Assembly: GCA_902613615.1 (NCBI GenBank)
Contig: CACMHQ010000003.1
Location: 128,115-192,114 of the forward strand
Length of the DNA stretch: 64,000 nt
Direction: 5' to 3'
Source of the DNA: an uncultured Candidatus Actinomarina sp.
GTDB taxonomy: Bacteria > Actinomycetota > Acidimicrobiia > Actinomarinales > Actinomarinaceae
The translations under genes were made by a program, and so were the position numbers. A model generated the notes under the pieces. The model was not told the origin of the DNA. It ran no database searches and saw only the letters and a program-made list of their open reading frames with translations. Of the stretch, positions 1 to 10,557 are shown piece after piece (within the stretch, counting starts at the first letter, position 1; every line of letters begins with the position of its first letter).

Positions 1-444
1 TCAAACCTTAAAGATTATGTATTAAACATTATTGGTACTGGACCAATGCTAAAGCAATTATCAGATGAAAATCAAATTTATCCCAATATACGTTTTTATG
101 GTGAAATGGATAATTCTAAAGTTATTGAAATAATTAAAAGTTCAAAAGCAGTTGTGACAAGTACAAAAATGTATGAGGGCCAACCAACAGTTTTATGCGA
201 AGCATCTGTAAACAAGGTTCCTTCTATTTTTCCAAACTTTGGCGGTATTAGTGAATTCTTTCCAGTAGATTATGATCTATCTTTTAAACAATTTGACTAT
301 GAAGACTTGACCCAAAAATTTGTTTATGCAAGTAAGAATGATTTATATGAATATGGATCAAAGAATTATGAATTTTTAAAATCTAAGTTAAATGATGATT
401 TTCTAATTAAAAGATTTAATCTACTTTTGGAAGAAAATGAATGA
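1..444 (+). CDS. Glycosyltransferase (GT-B/GT4-like), C-terminal fragment; the 5' end lies upstream of the window
   Basis: The frame is open from nt 1, with no stop before the first ATG at 46. It carries the GT-B C-terminal motif YEGQPTVLCEASVNKVPSI. Its stop overlaps the next gene's start by 8 nt. Confidence 0.6.
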   Translation, partial: SNLKDYVLNIIGTGPMLKQLSDENQIYPNIRFYGEMDNSKVIEIIKSSKAVVTSTKMYEGQPTVLCEASVNKVPSIFPNFGGISEFFPVDYDLSFKQFDYEDLTQKFVYASKNDLYEYGSKNYEFLKSKLNDDFLIKRFNLLLEENE

Positions 445-1126
445 CTTAGTATCAGTAATTATGAGTACATATAACTCCGAAGCCACAGTATCAGTTGCTA
501 TTGAAAGTATACTTGAACAGTCATATTCAAATTTAGAATTTCTTATTGTTGATGATGCATCAAATGACAACACTGTAAAGATTATTGAAGAATATTGCAA
601 AAACAGTAAAAATATAAGATTATTTAAAAATGATGTAAATGTTGGATTAACAAAAAACTTAAATTTTCTAATTAATCAATCTAAGGGTGAATTTATTGCG
701 AGACAGGATGATGATGATTACAGTCTCCCAGATAGATTAAATGTACAAGTGCAAACTATTAAAAAAAATAATTTAGATTTTTGCTCAACCAGAGCTTTAG
801 TAATTGATACGAATAAAAAGATACCAAATTTCTCAATGTACCTTCCAAAGAGGTTCGTATTAAAGTTTAAAAACCCTTTTGTACATGGAACTCTTTGTAT
901 TCAAAAAAAATCACTTTTAAATATAGGATGTTATGATGAAAAATTTTATTTTGCTCAAGATTATAAATTAATGAAAGAGATGGTGGATAATAACTATAAA
1001 TTTAAGTTTTTACATAAACCTTATTATTTTCTAAATATGAAAAATAATATATCTACAAAATATTTTGAAAGACAGCAATATTATGCTCAATGTGTAAAGA
1101 AAAGCATTATTCCAGAAGACAAATGA
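437..1126 (+). CDS. Family 2 glycosyltransferase (GT-A fold)
   Basis: The N-terminus VSVIMSTYNSEATVSVAIESILEQSYSNLEFLIVDDASNDNT is a classic GT2 signature. An acidic DDDD (DXD-type) motif is present. Confidence 0.8.
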   Translation: MNDLVSVIMSTYNSEATVSVAIESILEQSYSNLEFLIVDDASNDNTVKIIEEYCKNSKNIRLFKNDVNVGLTKNLNFLINQSKGEFIARQDDDDYSLPDRLNVQVQTIKKNNLDFCSTRALVIDTNKKIPNFSMYLPKRFVLKFKNPFVHGTLCIQKKSLLNIGCYDEKFYFAQDYKLMKEMVDNNYKFKFLHKPYYFLNMKNNISTKYFERQQYYAQCVKKSIIPEDK

Positions 1127-2043
1127 AAATCTATATTAACTCAATTAATGAAGACTGGATAATTGATCGATTAATTAAAGAATGGAATCAATTTAACTCT
1201 CCACAGCAAAAATATATATTTGGTAAAAAAGATCTAATCTGGATCATTGCCCCGTGGACATGGAAAAAAATTCCACGGTATTTTCTAAAATCAAAAAAAG
1301 TCTTATGCACCATTCACCATATAGATGAAGATAAGTTTGATCATGAACAAGAAAATGAATTCAAAGTAAGAGATAAATATGTTGATCATTATCACACAAT
1401 ATCAAATAAAACTTATCATCAACTCAAACAAATTACTAAAAAACCAATTACAGAAATTCCATGGTGGGTTAACCAAAATATTTGGTTTGATATAGGTGAT
1501 AAGCAATATATTTATGATAAATTTGGGTTACCTAAGGATAAGTATTTAATTGGCTCATTTCAAAGAGATACAGAGGGTTATGATTTAAAATCACCAAAGC
1601 TTTCTAAAGGTCCTGATAGGTTAATTGACAATATTATAGAAATACAATCTATAAAGAAAAATGTTCTTGTAATTCTTGCTGGAAGAAGAAGACAATATGT
1701 TATTGAAAAATTAAAAAACTACAATATTGAATTTAAATATTTCGAAATGTTAAATTTTTCAGAATTAAATGAACTCTATAATGTTTTAGACCTATATGTT
1801 GTTTCATCAAGATATGAAGGAGGACCACAATCAATAGTAGAATGTGCTGCATCGAGAACACCGATTGTGTCCACTGACGTTGGAATTGCAAGTCAAATTT
1901 TAAGTGAAGAATCAATATATAGCAATAATATTTTAGATGCTAAACCAAATTTAGATTATGCGGAAAAAATGATTACTAACCTAAAAATACCTAATGGTTT
2001 TTTAAAGTTTAATAAACTGTTAAAAGAAATAAATGAAAATTAG
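1123..2043 (+). CDS. Glycosyltransferase, GT-B fold (GT4-like)
   Basis: C-terminal motif SSRYEGGPQSIVECAASRTPIVSTDVG. I prefer the ATG at 1123 (MKIYINS...) because it forms an ATGA overlap with the upstream stop; the ORF track starts at 1090. Confidence 0.6.
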   Translation: MKIYINSINEDWIIDRLIKEWNQFNSPQQKYIFGKKDLIWIIAPWTWKKIPRYFLKSKKVLCTIHHIDEDKFDHEQENEFKVRDKYVDHYHTISNKTYHQLKQITKKPITEIPWWVNQNIWFDIGDKQYIYDKFGLPKDKYLIGSFQRDTEGYDLKSPKLSKGPDRLIDNIIEIQSIKKNVLVILAGRRRQYVIEKLKNYNIEFKYFEMLNFSELNELYNVLDLYVVSSRYEGGPQSIVECAASRTPIVSTDVGIASQILSEESIYSNNILDAKPNLDYAEKMITNLKIPNGFLKFNKLLKEINEN

Positions 2044-3082
2044 TATTGGAACAAAAATAAAAGATGGGCCCTGGGGTGGTGGAAATTTATTTGCAATTAA
2101 CCTAAAAAATTATTTAATTTCGAGGGATCATATTGTTGTTACCGACCTAAAGGATCCAGATATTGATATCATATTGATAACTGAACCAAGAAAAACTTCT
2201 GAATCTTCTTCTTATACTCATTTAGATGTCCAAAATTATTTAAATTATGTAAATCCAAATACTTTGGTCGCTCATCGCTTAAATGAATGTGATGAAAGAA
2301 AAAATACCAATTTTGTAAATAAATATTTAATTGAGGCAAATAAAATTTCTGACTACTCGATTTTTGTCAGTAGTTGGCTAAAAGATCTTTATGAAAACCA
2401 AGGAATTAATAAGTCAAATAATAATGTAATTATGGCCGGTGCTGATAAAAATATATTTAACAACCTAAACATCATGCCATGGAAAAAAGAAGAAAAGTTA
2501 CGAATTGTAACTCATCATTGGGGAGCTAATTGGAATAAAGGTTTTGATATATACCAATATCTTGACAATTTATTGTATGACTCTTTCTGGAATGAAAAGA
2601 TTGTTTTTACTTACATAGGAAATCTTCCTAAAAAATTTAAATTCAAAAATTCAAATTACATACCACCTTTATCTGGAAAAGAGCTTGCAAATGAGTTGAA
2701 GAAAAATAATCTTTATATTACAGGTTCTCTAAACGAACCATCAGGCAATCATCATATTGAAGCATCACAATGTGGTTTACCAGTAATGTTTATAAATAGT
2801 GGAGGAACTAATGAGTACTGTAGTGGATATGGACTAGAGTACACTAAAGAAAATTTTGAACTTAAGTTAAAAGAAGCAATGGATAATTATGAAGAATTAT
2901 TTATAAAGATGAAAGAGTATCCTTATAATTCAGATAAGATGTCAAAAGATTATCTAGATTTATTTGAAGATATGATTAATAATAAAGATTCTATTTTGGC
3001 AAACAGAATTACTAAAAATACTTCAAAACTATCAAAATTTATTTATCTTTTGAATAAAAAGATTACACAGTTTATTAACTAA
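2033..3082 (+). CDS. Glycosyltransferase, GT-B fold
   Basis: C-terminal GSLNEPSGNHHIEASQCGLPVMFINSGG resembles the GT1/GT4 nucleotide-sugar binding motif. It overlaps the upstream gene by 11 nt. Confidence 0.5.
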   Translation: MKISIGTKIKDGPWGGGNLFAINLKNYLISRDHIVVTDLKDPDIDIILITEPRKTSESSSYTHLDVQNYLNYVNPNTLVAHRLNECDERKNTNFVNKYLIEANKISDYSIFVSSWLKDLYENQGINKSNNNVIMAGADKNIFNNLNIMPWKKEEKLRIVTHHWGANWNKGFDIYQYLDNLLYDSFWNEKIVFTYIGNLPKKFKFKNSNYIPPLSGKELANELKKNNLYITGSLNEPSGNHHIEASQCGLPVMFINSGGTNEYCSGYGLEYTKENFELKLKEAMDNYEELFIKMKEYPYNSDKMSKDYLDLFEDMINNKDSILANRITKNTSKLSKFIYLLNKKITQFIN

Positions 3083-4190
3083 ATATAATTTTTTTAAGTT
3101 CTTCGTAAAATAATTGTGTATTAAAAGATTGATTAACTGTTTTTTTTGCTTTATTTGAAATTTTATATCTTTCTTGTTCATTATCCATAAGATAAGAAAT
3201 ATTTTCACACCAATTTTGTAAATTATTGTTTTCTAAAAACCAAATATTATTTTTATCTTTGAATTTTTCTTTATCCCAAAATCCTACGGTGTCAGTTATT
3301 AACACAGGTACTTTTAAAGACATAGACTGAAGGGCAACACTTTGTCCAGAGGGTTGATAGGAATTTTTTATAGGAATTATTGAAAGAGCTGCGTTTGAAT
3401 AGATTTCCTTAATTTCATGATCAGTCAATACAGATTTATTCCATTGACCTTCAACTAATTCGATATTCTTACTCTTAATCCTATCAAAAGGTATTTTTTC
3501 TGAAACAATTTTAAATTTCAAATTTGGAAGTTGTTCGGCTATTTGAAGAACAAGATCAAATTTTCGTCTCCCATCATTCCCTATGAATAAAACATAGTCA
3601 GAAACTTCTTTTTTATTTATGTTCCAGAAATTCACATCTGTACAAAAAGGTACATAGTGGAATTTATCTTTGTATTTGATATAAGACATCCTAGATTGGA
3701 GATATTCATTTTTACTTAGAAATATTAAATTATCAGAACAATTAAAAAATAGATTTATAAACATTCTCTGAAATAATTTATTTATTAATTTATCTTGATT
3801 TTTTCCAAGTAACCCCATGACAATAGTTGTTGTTTTGTTGTAAGAAAAAATTTTATTTTGAATAAGATATGGAAGAAGCGAAACACCAATTCTGTCAGTA
3901 GTGGCAATAATATAATCTGAATTTTTAAATTTTCTTTTGTTTTTTTTTGATAAAATACTTTCAAAAAAAAATGGTAAGTTTGATAACTTTCTTAATATTT
4001 TTGATAAAAAATAAAGAAGCTTATAAAAAAAAGCATTTGAAACATCTTTATCAAATTCCAAATAATCAGTATCTAAAAACTCATCTTTAAAATCAAAATA
4101 ACCATAAAAAAAATCTTTAGCACTTTGATTTTTAGATTCTAGCTTAATTGTTCTTCCAGAACCAAAAACATAAGTAATTTTAGGATTCAC
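3075..4190 (-). CDS. Glycosyltransferase, GT-B fold (GT4-like)
   Basis: C-terminal YQPSGQSVALQSMSLKVPVLITDTVGF motif. It is convergent with the 2033..3082 gene and overlaps it by 8 nt. Confidence 0.55.
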   Translation of the reverse strand: MNPKITYVFGSGRTIKLESKNQSAKDFFYGYFDFKDEFLDTDYLEFDKDVSNAFFYKLLYFLSKILRKLSNLPFFFESILSKKNKRKFKNSDYIIATTDRIGVSLLPYLIQNKIFSYNKTTTIVMGLLGKNQDKLINKLFQRMFINLFFNCSDNLIFLSKNEYLQSRMSYIKYKDKFHYVPFCTDVNFWNINKKEVSDYVLFIGNDGRRKFDLVLQIAEQLPNLKFKIVSEKIPFDRIKSKNIELVEGQWNKSVLTDHEIKEIYSNAALSIIPIKNSYQPSGQSVALQSMSLKVPVLITDTVGFWDKEKFKDKNNIWFLENNNLQNWCENISYLMDNEQERYKISNKAKKTVNQSFNTQLFYEELKKIIFS

Positions 4191-4252
4191 GTTTTATATA
4201 GTAGTTGGATAACTTGATTACGAAATAGAATTAATTAAACTTTCACTGTTGA

Positions 4253-5530
4253 ATGAAGAATATTAAAAAATCCAAATATACAAATACAATATTAAATGTA
4301 TTGTTCATTGGTTCTTTGTCACTTGTAATGGTATTTACAAGATCTTTCATGGGATTGTACTTCCTTGGATTTCGATTAGGCGAACTTGTCGTCGCATTTG
4401 GTTTGATATTAATTTTATTTAATTTATTCAGATTTAATTCAATAGAATTTAAAAAAACATATTACTTACTATTTAGTTTGATTATATCTTTCTTTATTTC
4501 CTTATTTGTTAATGATGGCAACATATTAGACACTTATACATATAAATCTTCATCGTATATATGGATGTTTGGATATTTCTGGATGGGTTATTTAATTTTC
4601 AAGAATTTAGAGATCAATAATATATTCTTGGCAGGCCTCATCCTAATACCTATTGTTATATATATTTTTAATTCTGGAAATTACCCAGATTTCTTCATAA
4701 ATTTTTTCAAAAGAAATTCTGATAAATTTCAATTTATCAAAGGTTCAGATGTTTTAATGGCTTTTATTTTTTGTACTTTTCTATTAAAGAAATATATAAA
4801 AAGCAAGACTTTCTATATGACTTACTTAAATTTAATGGGATCATTATTGCTACCACTCCTTCTTACTTTGAGTCGTGCATCGTTTTTTTCATGTACATTA
4901 TTTGTAATATTAGAAAATCTAAATAATTTTAAATGGATAAAAAATAATTTTAAAAAATATTTTTTGTTAATTTTAGGAATGTCAATTCTATTTATCTTAT
5001 CTTCAATTAGATTATCTGGTTTACCTGAGATTAATAGAAGTGAACCTGTTGAAGTTGTTCAAGAATCTGTGCAAGAAGTTGTTAAGAGAAAAAATACAAA
5101 TCAGTTTTTTGGATTATACATAAGTGACGGAAGACTGAAATCAAAAGATAATACTTTAGAATGGCGTTTCGATATATGGCAAGACTTAATTGAAGATCTA
5201 AATAAAAAAGGAAAGATAATATTTGGATTTGGTTTTAACGAAATTTTTGAAATTATGAAAGATCCAACAGCACCAGGAAGATTAGGGCGGGAAGGCTTAA
5301 ATGAACATGTACATAATCATTTGTTTACAATACTTGGAAGAATGGGGCTTATAGGGTTGTTCATATATTTTGTTTTCCAATTTAATTTATTAAAGAAAAT
5401 AAACTCCAGGGAGCTTTTTATTTTCTTTACACCTTTATTGCTTGTGTCATTAATGGATACAACTATGGAAAGTGTTCAATTTCCGCTTCTTTATTATGTT
5501 TTGATATCTATGAGTTATACAAGAAAATGA
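4253..5530 (+). CDS. O-antigen ligase/polymerase-like (Wzy_C-type) polytopic membrane protein
   Basis: It has about 10 predicted hydrophobic helices, an LTLSRASFFS motif, and a large loop with charged residues (RFDIWQD...) before the last helices. This layout is typical of the Wzy/WaaL family. Confidence 0.5.
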   Translation: MKNIKKSKYTNTILNVLFIGSLSLVMVFTRSFMGLYFLGFRLGELVVAFGLILILFNLFRFNSIEFKKTYYLLFSLIISFFISLFVNDGNILDTYTYKSSSYIWMFGYFWMGYLIFKNLEINNIFLAGLILIPIVIYIFNSGNYPDFFINFFKRNSDKFQFIKGSDVLMAFIFCTFLLKKYIKSKTFYMTYLNLMGSLLLPLLLTLSRASFFSCTLFVILENLNNFKWIKNNFKKYFLLILGMSILFILSSIRLSGLPEINRSEPVEVVQESVQEVVKRKNTNQFFGLYISDGRLKSKDNTLEWRFDIWQDLIEDLNKKGKIIFGFGFNEIFEIMKDPTAPGRLGREGLNEHVHNHLFTILGRMGLIGLFIYFVFQFNLLKKINSRELFIFFTPLLLVSLMDTTMESVQFPLLYYVLISMSYTRK

Positions 5531-5533
5531 ATC

Positions 5534-6466
5534 TTAGATATTAGACTTGTACCAGTCGTATGTTTTTACTAAACCATCATCTAGATTTACCCGACTCTTC
5601 CAACCCATTGAGTTAATCAATGATGAATCAAGCAATTTTCTTGGATTACCATCCGGCTTATTTAGATCATTATTGATCTCACCTTTAAAGCCGATAATTT
5701 CTTTAATTTTAATTGCAAGATTCATTATAGATATTTCTTCTCCAGTTCCAACATTTATAAGATCATCATTAACTTTTTTATCTAACAAAAATTCAATTGC
5801 ATATCCTAAATCATCAACATACATAAATTCTCTTAAAGGGCTACCAGTACCCCAAATTTCAAAAGATGAATCTTTATTTTCTTTTGCTAAATGCATTCTA
5901 TGAATTAAACCTGGTATCACATGACTATCAAGCTCTGTAAAATTATCGAAAGGACCATACATGTTAGTTGGCATTAAATTTATTACCTCATTTCCAAACT
6001 CATTTGAAACTTCTTTACCAAGCTCAATACCAATAATTTTTCCTAAGGCATAAGGAGAGTTGGTAGGTTCTAATTTTCCATCTAAGAACGAACTTTCTTT
6101 TATTGGATCAGGAGCATTTAAAGGATAAATACAACTGCTTCCCAAGTTTATAAGTTTTAAACCATTTATATCTTTTATAGATTCAATTAAATTTAAATTT
6201 ATTTTTAGATTTTTTATCAGAAAATCTGTTCGGTAGGTATTGTTCGCATAAATACCACCAACCTTTGCTGCGCAGTTAATTATAATATCTGGCTTTACAT
6301 CGTTAATCTTTTCCTCAATCTGATTTTTTTCTTCTAAATCTGTATCAGATCTCTGGGAAAGGAAAAGCTTCTCAACTTTTGAGGAATTTTTTAAAATTCT
6401 TGAGACAGAATTTCCAACCAGACCATTGGAACCAAAAACCAAGACTTTAGCGTTATTCATTATCAA
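5534..6466 (-). CDS. fcl: GDP-L-fucose synthase (GDP-4-keto-6-deoxymannose 3,5-epimerase/4-reductase)
   Basis: Rossmann motif VFGSNGLVGNSV. Fcl-typical blocks YANNTYRTDFLIKNLKINLNLIES, GSSCIYP, PYALGKI, PTNMYGPFDNF and HVIPGLIHRMHLAK are all present. Confidence 0.85.
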   Translation of the reverse strand: MIMNNAKVLVFGSNGLVGNSVSRILKNSSKVEKLFLSQRSDTDLEEKNQIEEKINDVKPDIIINCAAKVGGIYANNTYRTDFLIKNLKINLNLIESIKDINGLKLINLGSSCIYPLNAPDPIKESSFLDGKLEPTNSPYALGKIIGIELGKEVSNEFGNEVINLMPTNMYGPFDNFTELDSHVIPGLIHRMHLAKENKDSSFEIWGTGSPLREFMYVDDLGYAIEFLLDKKVNDDLINVGTGEEISIMNLAIKIKEIIGFKGEINNDLNKPDGNPRKLLDSSLINSMGWKSRVNLDDGLVKTYDWYKSNI

Positions 6467-6537
6467 ATTTATTCTATACAGCTTTATTAAATAAAATATC
6501 TATATAGTTAATCACTTTTCAATATAAAATACACTTA

Positions 6538-7413
6538 ATGAAACATGAGCTTCCACATTTAATAAATATTCCACCATTTATATTGCGGGCAAAAAATACA
6601 AATAACTTATTTTCGACCTTGTTAGTTCTAATACAGGGAAAATTATCAACATTTATAATTAATAATTTCAAAGGAAAATTTTTTTGTAATTTATTAAAAA
6701 TTACATTTCCAACATATGAAAAAATTTTATTTAAGGATAATAAATACTATAAAAATCTTAACAACCAAGAAATATGTTTTCCTAATAAACGAATACTTAG
6801 AATTTATTTAGATCCTCATAAACATTTTGATAGGTTATTTAATTCATATTGCTTAGATAAAGTAAATATCAATACAAATGATGTAATTATAGATTGTGGT
6901 GCAAATGTTGGTGAGCTAAATATTGCGCTTAAATTGAAAAATTTAAATGTAAATTATTATGCATTTGAACCGGATTATTCGAACTTTATTTGTCTATTAG
7001 AAAACAACAAGGAAAATGGGCATAATATTTTTGATTCTGGATTATCAAATAAGAATGGTACGAGTAATTTTTATTTAGATAATGATGGTGGAAATTCTTC
7101 ATTTTATGATTTTGGAACACAGGAATACACTAGTGTTAGTACTTTAAGGCTTGATGACATTACTCTTCCTAAAAATATTAAACTTTTCAAAGTTGAAGCT
7201 GAAGGGTTTGAACCAGAAGTTATTGAGGGGGCACAAGAAACTTTAAAACGAACTGAATATATATGTGTTGATTTTGGTAGTGAAAGAGGTATTGAGCAAG
7301 AAAATACAGTTATTGAAGTTAACAATATTTTGTTAAAAAATAATTTTGATTTGATTCAATTTAGTGACTACCGATACATAGGTTTATATAAAAATACAAA
7401 ATTAGATGAATAA
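6538..7413 (+). CDS. FkbM-family SAM-dependent methyltransferase
   Basis: VIIDCGANVGELN motif followed by YAFEPD and SNFYLD blocks, which is characteristic of FkbM methyltransferases. Confidence 0.65.
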   Translation: MKHELPHLINIPPFILRAKNTNNLFSTLLVLIQGKLSTFIINNFKGKFFCNLLKITFPTYEKILFKDNKYYKNLNNQEICFPNKRILRIYLDPHKHFDRLFNSYCLDKVNINTNDVIIDCGANVGELNIALKLKNLNVNYYAFEPDYSNFICLLENNKENGHNIFDSGLSNKNGTSNFYLDNDGGNSSFYDFGTQEYTSVSTLRLDDITLPKNIKLFKVEAEGFEPEVIEGAQETLKRTEYICVDFGSERGIEQENTVIEVNNILLKNNFDLIQFSDYRYIGLYKNTKLDE

Positions 7414-8524
7414 TAACTGGCTGTCGGATTTAAAAATAAATTTACCATTATTTTTAAAGGATCTAAGAAAACATAATGGATTTAAATTTTATCCTGTAAA
7501 AAAAGGATTAACAAAACATGGAGAAGATGTTGAACTTGGTATGAGTTGCTATGCTATAAAAATCTTCTATATTACAAATCAATGGACTAATCTAGAAAAA
7601 AAAGAACAAGTTGATTGGGTAAATTTTATTAACTCATTCCAATCAACAGATAAGAATTTCCCCCAAAATTCTTATATTGACCAAGCTTACTTAAAAGAAA
7701 TGAAAAAATTTTCACCAATTAAATTTTTAAAAGATTTTGTAAAACGTATTTTAAACAAATATGTTGATTCGAATTACACATTATTAGATGAGTTTCTTCA
7801 AAATTCTATAAAGGCTGAATCTAAGCAAGCCATTTCCTCTATCTATCAGGTTGGATATAAGAATAAAAAAATATACTCTGAATTTCCAAAAGATAAGAAA
7901 GAAATTAATGATTATCTTTCTAATTTAAACTGGGCATTTCCATGGGATGCGGGAGCACAATTTTCAAATCTTTGTTTTTTCGTTCAAACACAGATAACCA
8001 ATCAAAATGAAAAAGATGAAATCAAGAGTATTTTAGAAGAATTTATTCTTACAATTCATGATTCAAAAACAGGTGCCTATTTTGCTGGAGAACCAAATGA
8101 TGATAATGAAATTATCAATGGTGCTATGAAAGTCCTTACCGGATTTGACTGGTTAAATATATCAATACATTCACCTGAAAAACTGATTGATTTTTGCCTT
8201 AATTCGAAAATTCGACACGAAGGATGCGATATTGTTGACATTGTCTATGTTTTATTTAGATGTTACAAAAATACTAATTACAAAAAAAAAGAAATAGAAA
8301 ATTACTTCAAAAAAATATTAATAAATATAAAAGATAATTATTACCCTAATGGAGGCTTTTCATATTTTAGAAATAAATCTCAGACTCATTATTATGGTAC
8401 AAAAATTTCAAATGGATTAAATGAACCAGATCTACATGGAACATTACTTTTAGTTTGGGCAATAGCTTTAATATCAGATATAATCGAATTACCTACGAGC
8501 GATTGGAAAATAATTAAACCGTAA
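7406..8524 (+). CDS. Hypothetical soluble protein with possible alpha/alpha-toroid (prenyltransferase/terpene-cyclase-like) repeats
   Basis: No hydrophobic helices. Repeat-like blocks: TGAYFAGEPNDDNEIINGAMKVLTGF and YYPNGGFSYFRNKS...HGTLLLVWAIAL. It overlaps both neighbouring genes. Confidence 0.3.
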   Translation: MNNNWLSDLKINLPLFLKDLRKHNGFKFYPVKKGLTKHGEDVELGMSCYAIKIFYITNQWTNLEKKEQVDWVNFINSFQSTDKNFPQNSYIDQAYLKEMKKFSPIKFLKDFVKRILNKYVDSNYTLLDEFLQNSIKAESKQAISSIYQVGYKNKKIYSEFPKDKKEINDYLSNLNWAFPWDAGAQFSNLCFFVQTQITNQNEKDEIKSILEEFILTIHDSKTGAYFAGEPNDDNEIINGAMKVLTGFDWLNISIHSPEKLIDFCLNSKIRHEGCDIVDIVYVLFRCYKNTNYKKKEIENYFKKILINIKDNYYPNGGFSYFRNKSQTHYYGTKISNGLNEPDLHGTLLLVWAIALISDIIELPTSDWKIIKP

Positions 8525-9539
8525 GGCGACTTTTAATTTTTCTATTAATTGTTTTAAATTTTTTAATTAGACTACGGCCATTTTTAATTAAATCTAACTT
8601 AAATTTATAGTAAAAACTCACAAAAGGATTTTCATTACTTGTAAATTTTTCATTAGAACTAATTGAAACAGAGTTGATCTCATTTATCCAATAATTTAGA
8701 TGCAGCTTTTCAATATTGAGTTTATTAATATCTAAATTGTTTAAAAATTGTTCCAAAAGTTCGTAAGTAATGTCTTCGTAATCATTTACAAATAATATGG
8801 GGAGATCTTTTACAGATTTATAAGTTGTATGTTGTTTAGTAACGGGAATAGATCCAGAATAAAGTGATTCCCAAAGACGATGCGTATCAACTCCATTTCC
8901 CCAGGGACATAATACGAATGTAGCATCTTTTAATGATTGATGATACTTGTTATTATCGTTTCCTGGGAAATCATAAGTTACCCAATCATGATCAACAAAT
9001 ATTTTATACAAATTACTTCTTTCAACAAAATTTGTATTCACTTGAAAATTGATATACAAATTTATATCTTTTTTTAAATAATCATTTTTAACAACATTTT
9101 CTTGAAAATAATCTTCAGTTATATTTTTTTTATAGAACCTACTTGCCAAACCTAATGGAATTGGGATTAGCTGTTTATGATCAATTCCAACATTTACGGA
9201 ATACCATGTTGAAACACATCTTGGTTTTTTTCGAAATAATTTTTTTGTTATCAAACTGTCGGTTTGATTAGATATTATCTTGATGTTTTTTAAACTCTTT
9301 ACCTTCCTTAAATGATAAAAAAGAACATCAATGTAATCTGAATGACAAAAAATTATATCATTTTCACTTATGGTTAAATTTTTTAACCTATATGTTATGT
9401 ATTCAAAATCTTTGTTTTTTGATATATCAGTGACTATTTTATTTGGTTCTGATATATAATCTTCAGAAGATATCCTTTCAGCAAAAACAACATTTGAAAA
9501 CTTTGCTAATCCTGTACTCGTTATTTTGTTTGATTTCAT
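8514..9539 (-). CDS. Exostosin-like (GT47-like) glycosyltransferase
   Basis: C-terminal block FVLCPWGNGVDTHRLWESLYSGSIPV resembles the conserved exostosin-family motif (C.xG.g..s.R..eal..G.IPV). Confidence 0.45.
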   Translation of the reverse strand: MKSNKITSTGLAKFSNVVFAERISSEDYISEPNKIVTDISKNKDFEYITYRLKNLTISENDIIFCHSDYIDVLFYHLRKVKSLKNIKIISNQTDSLITKKLFRKKPRCVSTWYSVNVGIDHKQLIPIPLGLASRFYKKNITEDYFQENVVKNDYLKKDINLYINFQVNTNFVERSNLYKIFVDHDWVTYDFPGNDNNKYHQSLKDATFVLCPWGNGVDTHRLWESLYSGSIPVTKQHTTYKSVKDLPILFVNDYEDITYELLEQFLNNLDINKLNIEKLHLNYWINEINSVSISSNEKFTSNENPFVSFYYKFKLDLIKNGRSLIKKFKTINRKIKSRLTV

Positions 9540-10507
9540 TTTTCTTCTCTAGAAGGTTCTGAGTATGAAAAATTTGAGTTTAAAGATTGAAAAAAATTTT
9601 TGATATAAATGCGAGGATTCTCAATATTAAATATTTTCAAATTAAGAACCGATTTAAAAAAATATTTTAAGCTAGATCTTTTCCAAGTATGTGTAATGTG
9701 ATATCTATTCATTAATCTCAGAAAATTATTCTGGTAGATATTTGAATTTATTTCAGTTATCGCCCTTACTGTCCATGGTTTAAAACTACCTGAATAATGT
9801 ACCAACTTTGTATCCGATTCAATCTTTTTATATCCATCTTCAAGATAAATTTCATAATTAAGGCTCGACTTTAATTCTAAAAACTTTCCATCAAAATAAA
9901 TATTTAGAACATCTTGATCCCAAAAAGTAATCTTACTTTTATTTTCATTTAATATATCTATAAGTTTTTTTGACACATTCTGATTTTTCCACTTATTAAA
10001 GTCAATTATCATTACGCCTGCATTGAAGTAATTATCATTAATCAAATCTAGTTTGTTTATTTCTTCAATGTGAAACTTACCTTCTAGTCTCTTCGATATT
10101 GTTTTAACACAAACTATAAATTTAGAGTTTATTAATTTATTTTTTAATTCATAAAGTAATTGAACTGGGTTTGATATACAAATAACATCTGAATCAACAT
10201 ATATAAGGTGGTCAATATCTTCTTCTATATACTCTTCAAGGTGCAGTCTAAAATAAGTTGCAATTGAAATATGTCTATCGAATAAATTGGGATAGTCGAT
10301 ATCACCTTTTGAATTAAATTTTTTAATTATTATTTTATTTATCTTCTCTTCTTTTTTTATTTTCTGTAAATATTCTTCAAAACTTTCCGGGTTTTCATGG
10401 ATTATATAAATATTTATACTTTCATCAGTATTTTTTAAAAATGACATGATTGAAGTGATTGTTTGAAGATTATAATTTTGGTCAAGACAATATAATAGAT
10501 TTAACAT
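9536..10507 (-). CDS. Family 8 glycosyltransferase (LPS/lipooligosaccharide hexosyltransferase-like)
   Basis: GT8 blocks are present: LIYVDSDVICI (DXD), NAGVMIIDFNKW, WDQDVLNIYF and HYSGSFKPW. Confidence 0.75.
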   Translation of the reverse strand: MLNLLYCLDQNYNLQTITSIMSFLKNTDESINIYIIHENPESFEEYLQKIKKEEKINKIIIKKFNSKGDIDYPNLFDRHISIATYFRLHLEEYIEEDIDHLIYVDSDVICISNPVQLLYELKNKLINSKFIVCVKTISKRLEGKFHIEEINKLDLINDNYFNAGVMIIDFNKWKNQNVSKKLIDILNENKSKITFWDQDVLNIYFDGKFLELKSSLNYEIYLEDGYKKIESDTKLVHYSGSFKPWTVRAITEINSNIYQNNFLRLMNRYHITHTWKRSSLKYFFKSVLNLKIFNIENPRIYIKNFFQSLNSNFSYSEPSREEK

Positions 10508-10557
10508 TATTCTCGTTAATGTAGTTTAAATAAGTAAAAAGAATAACTAAATGATTT

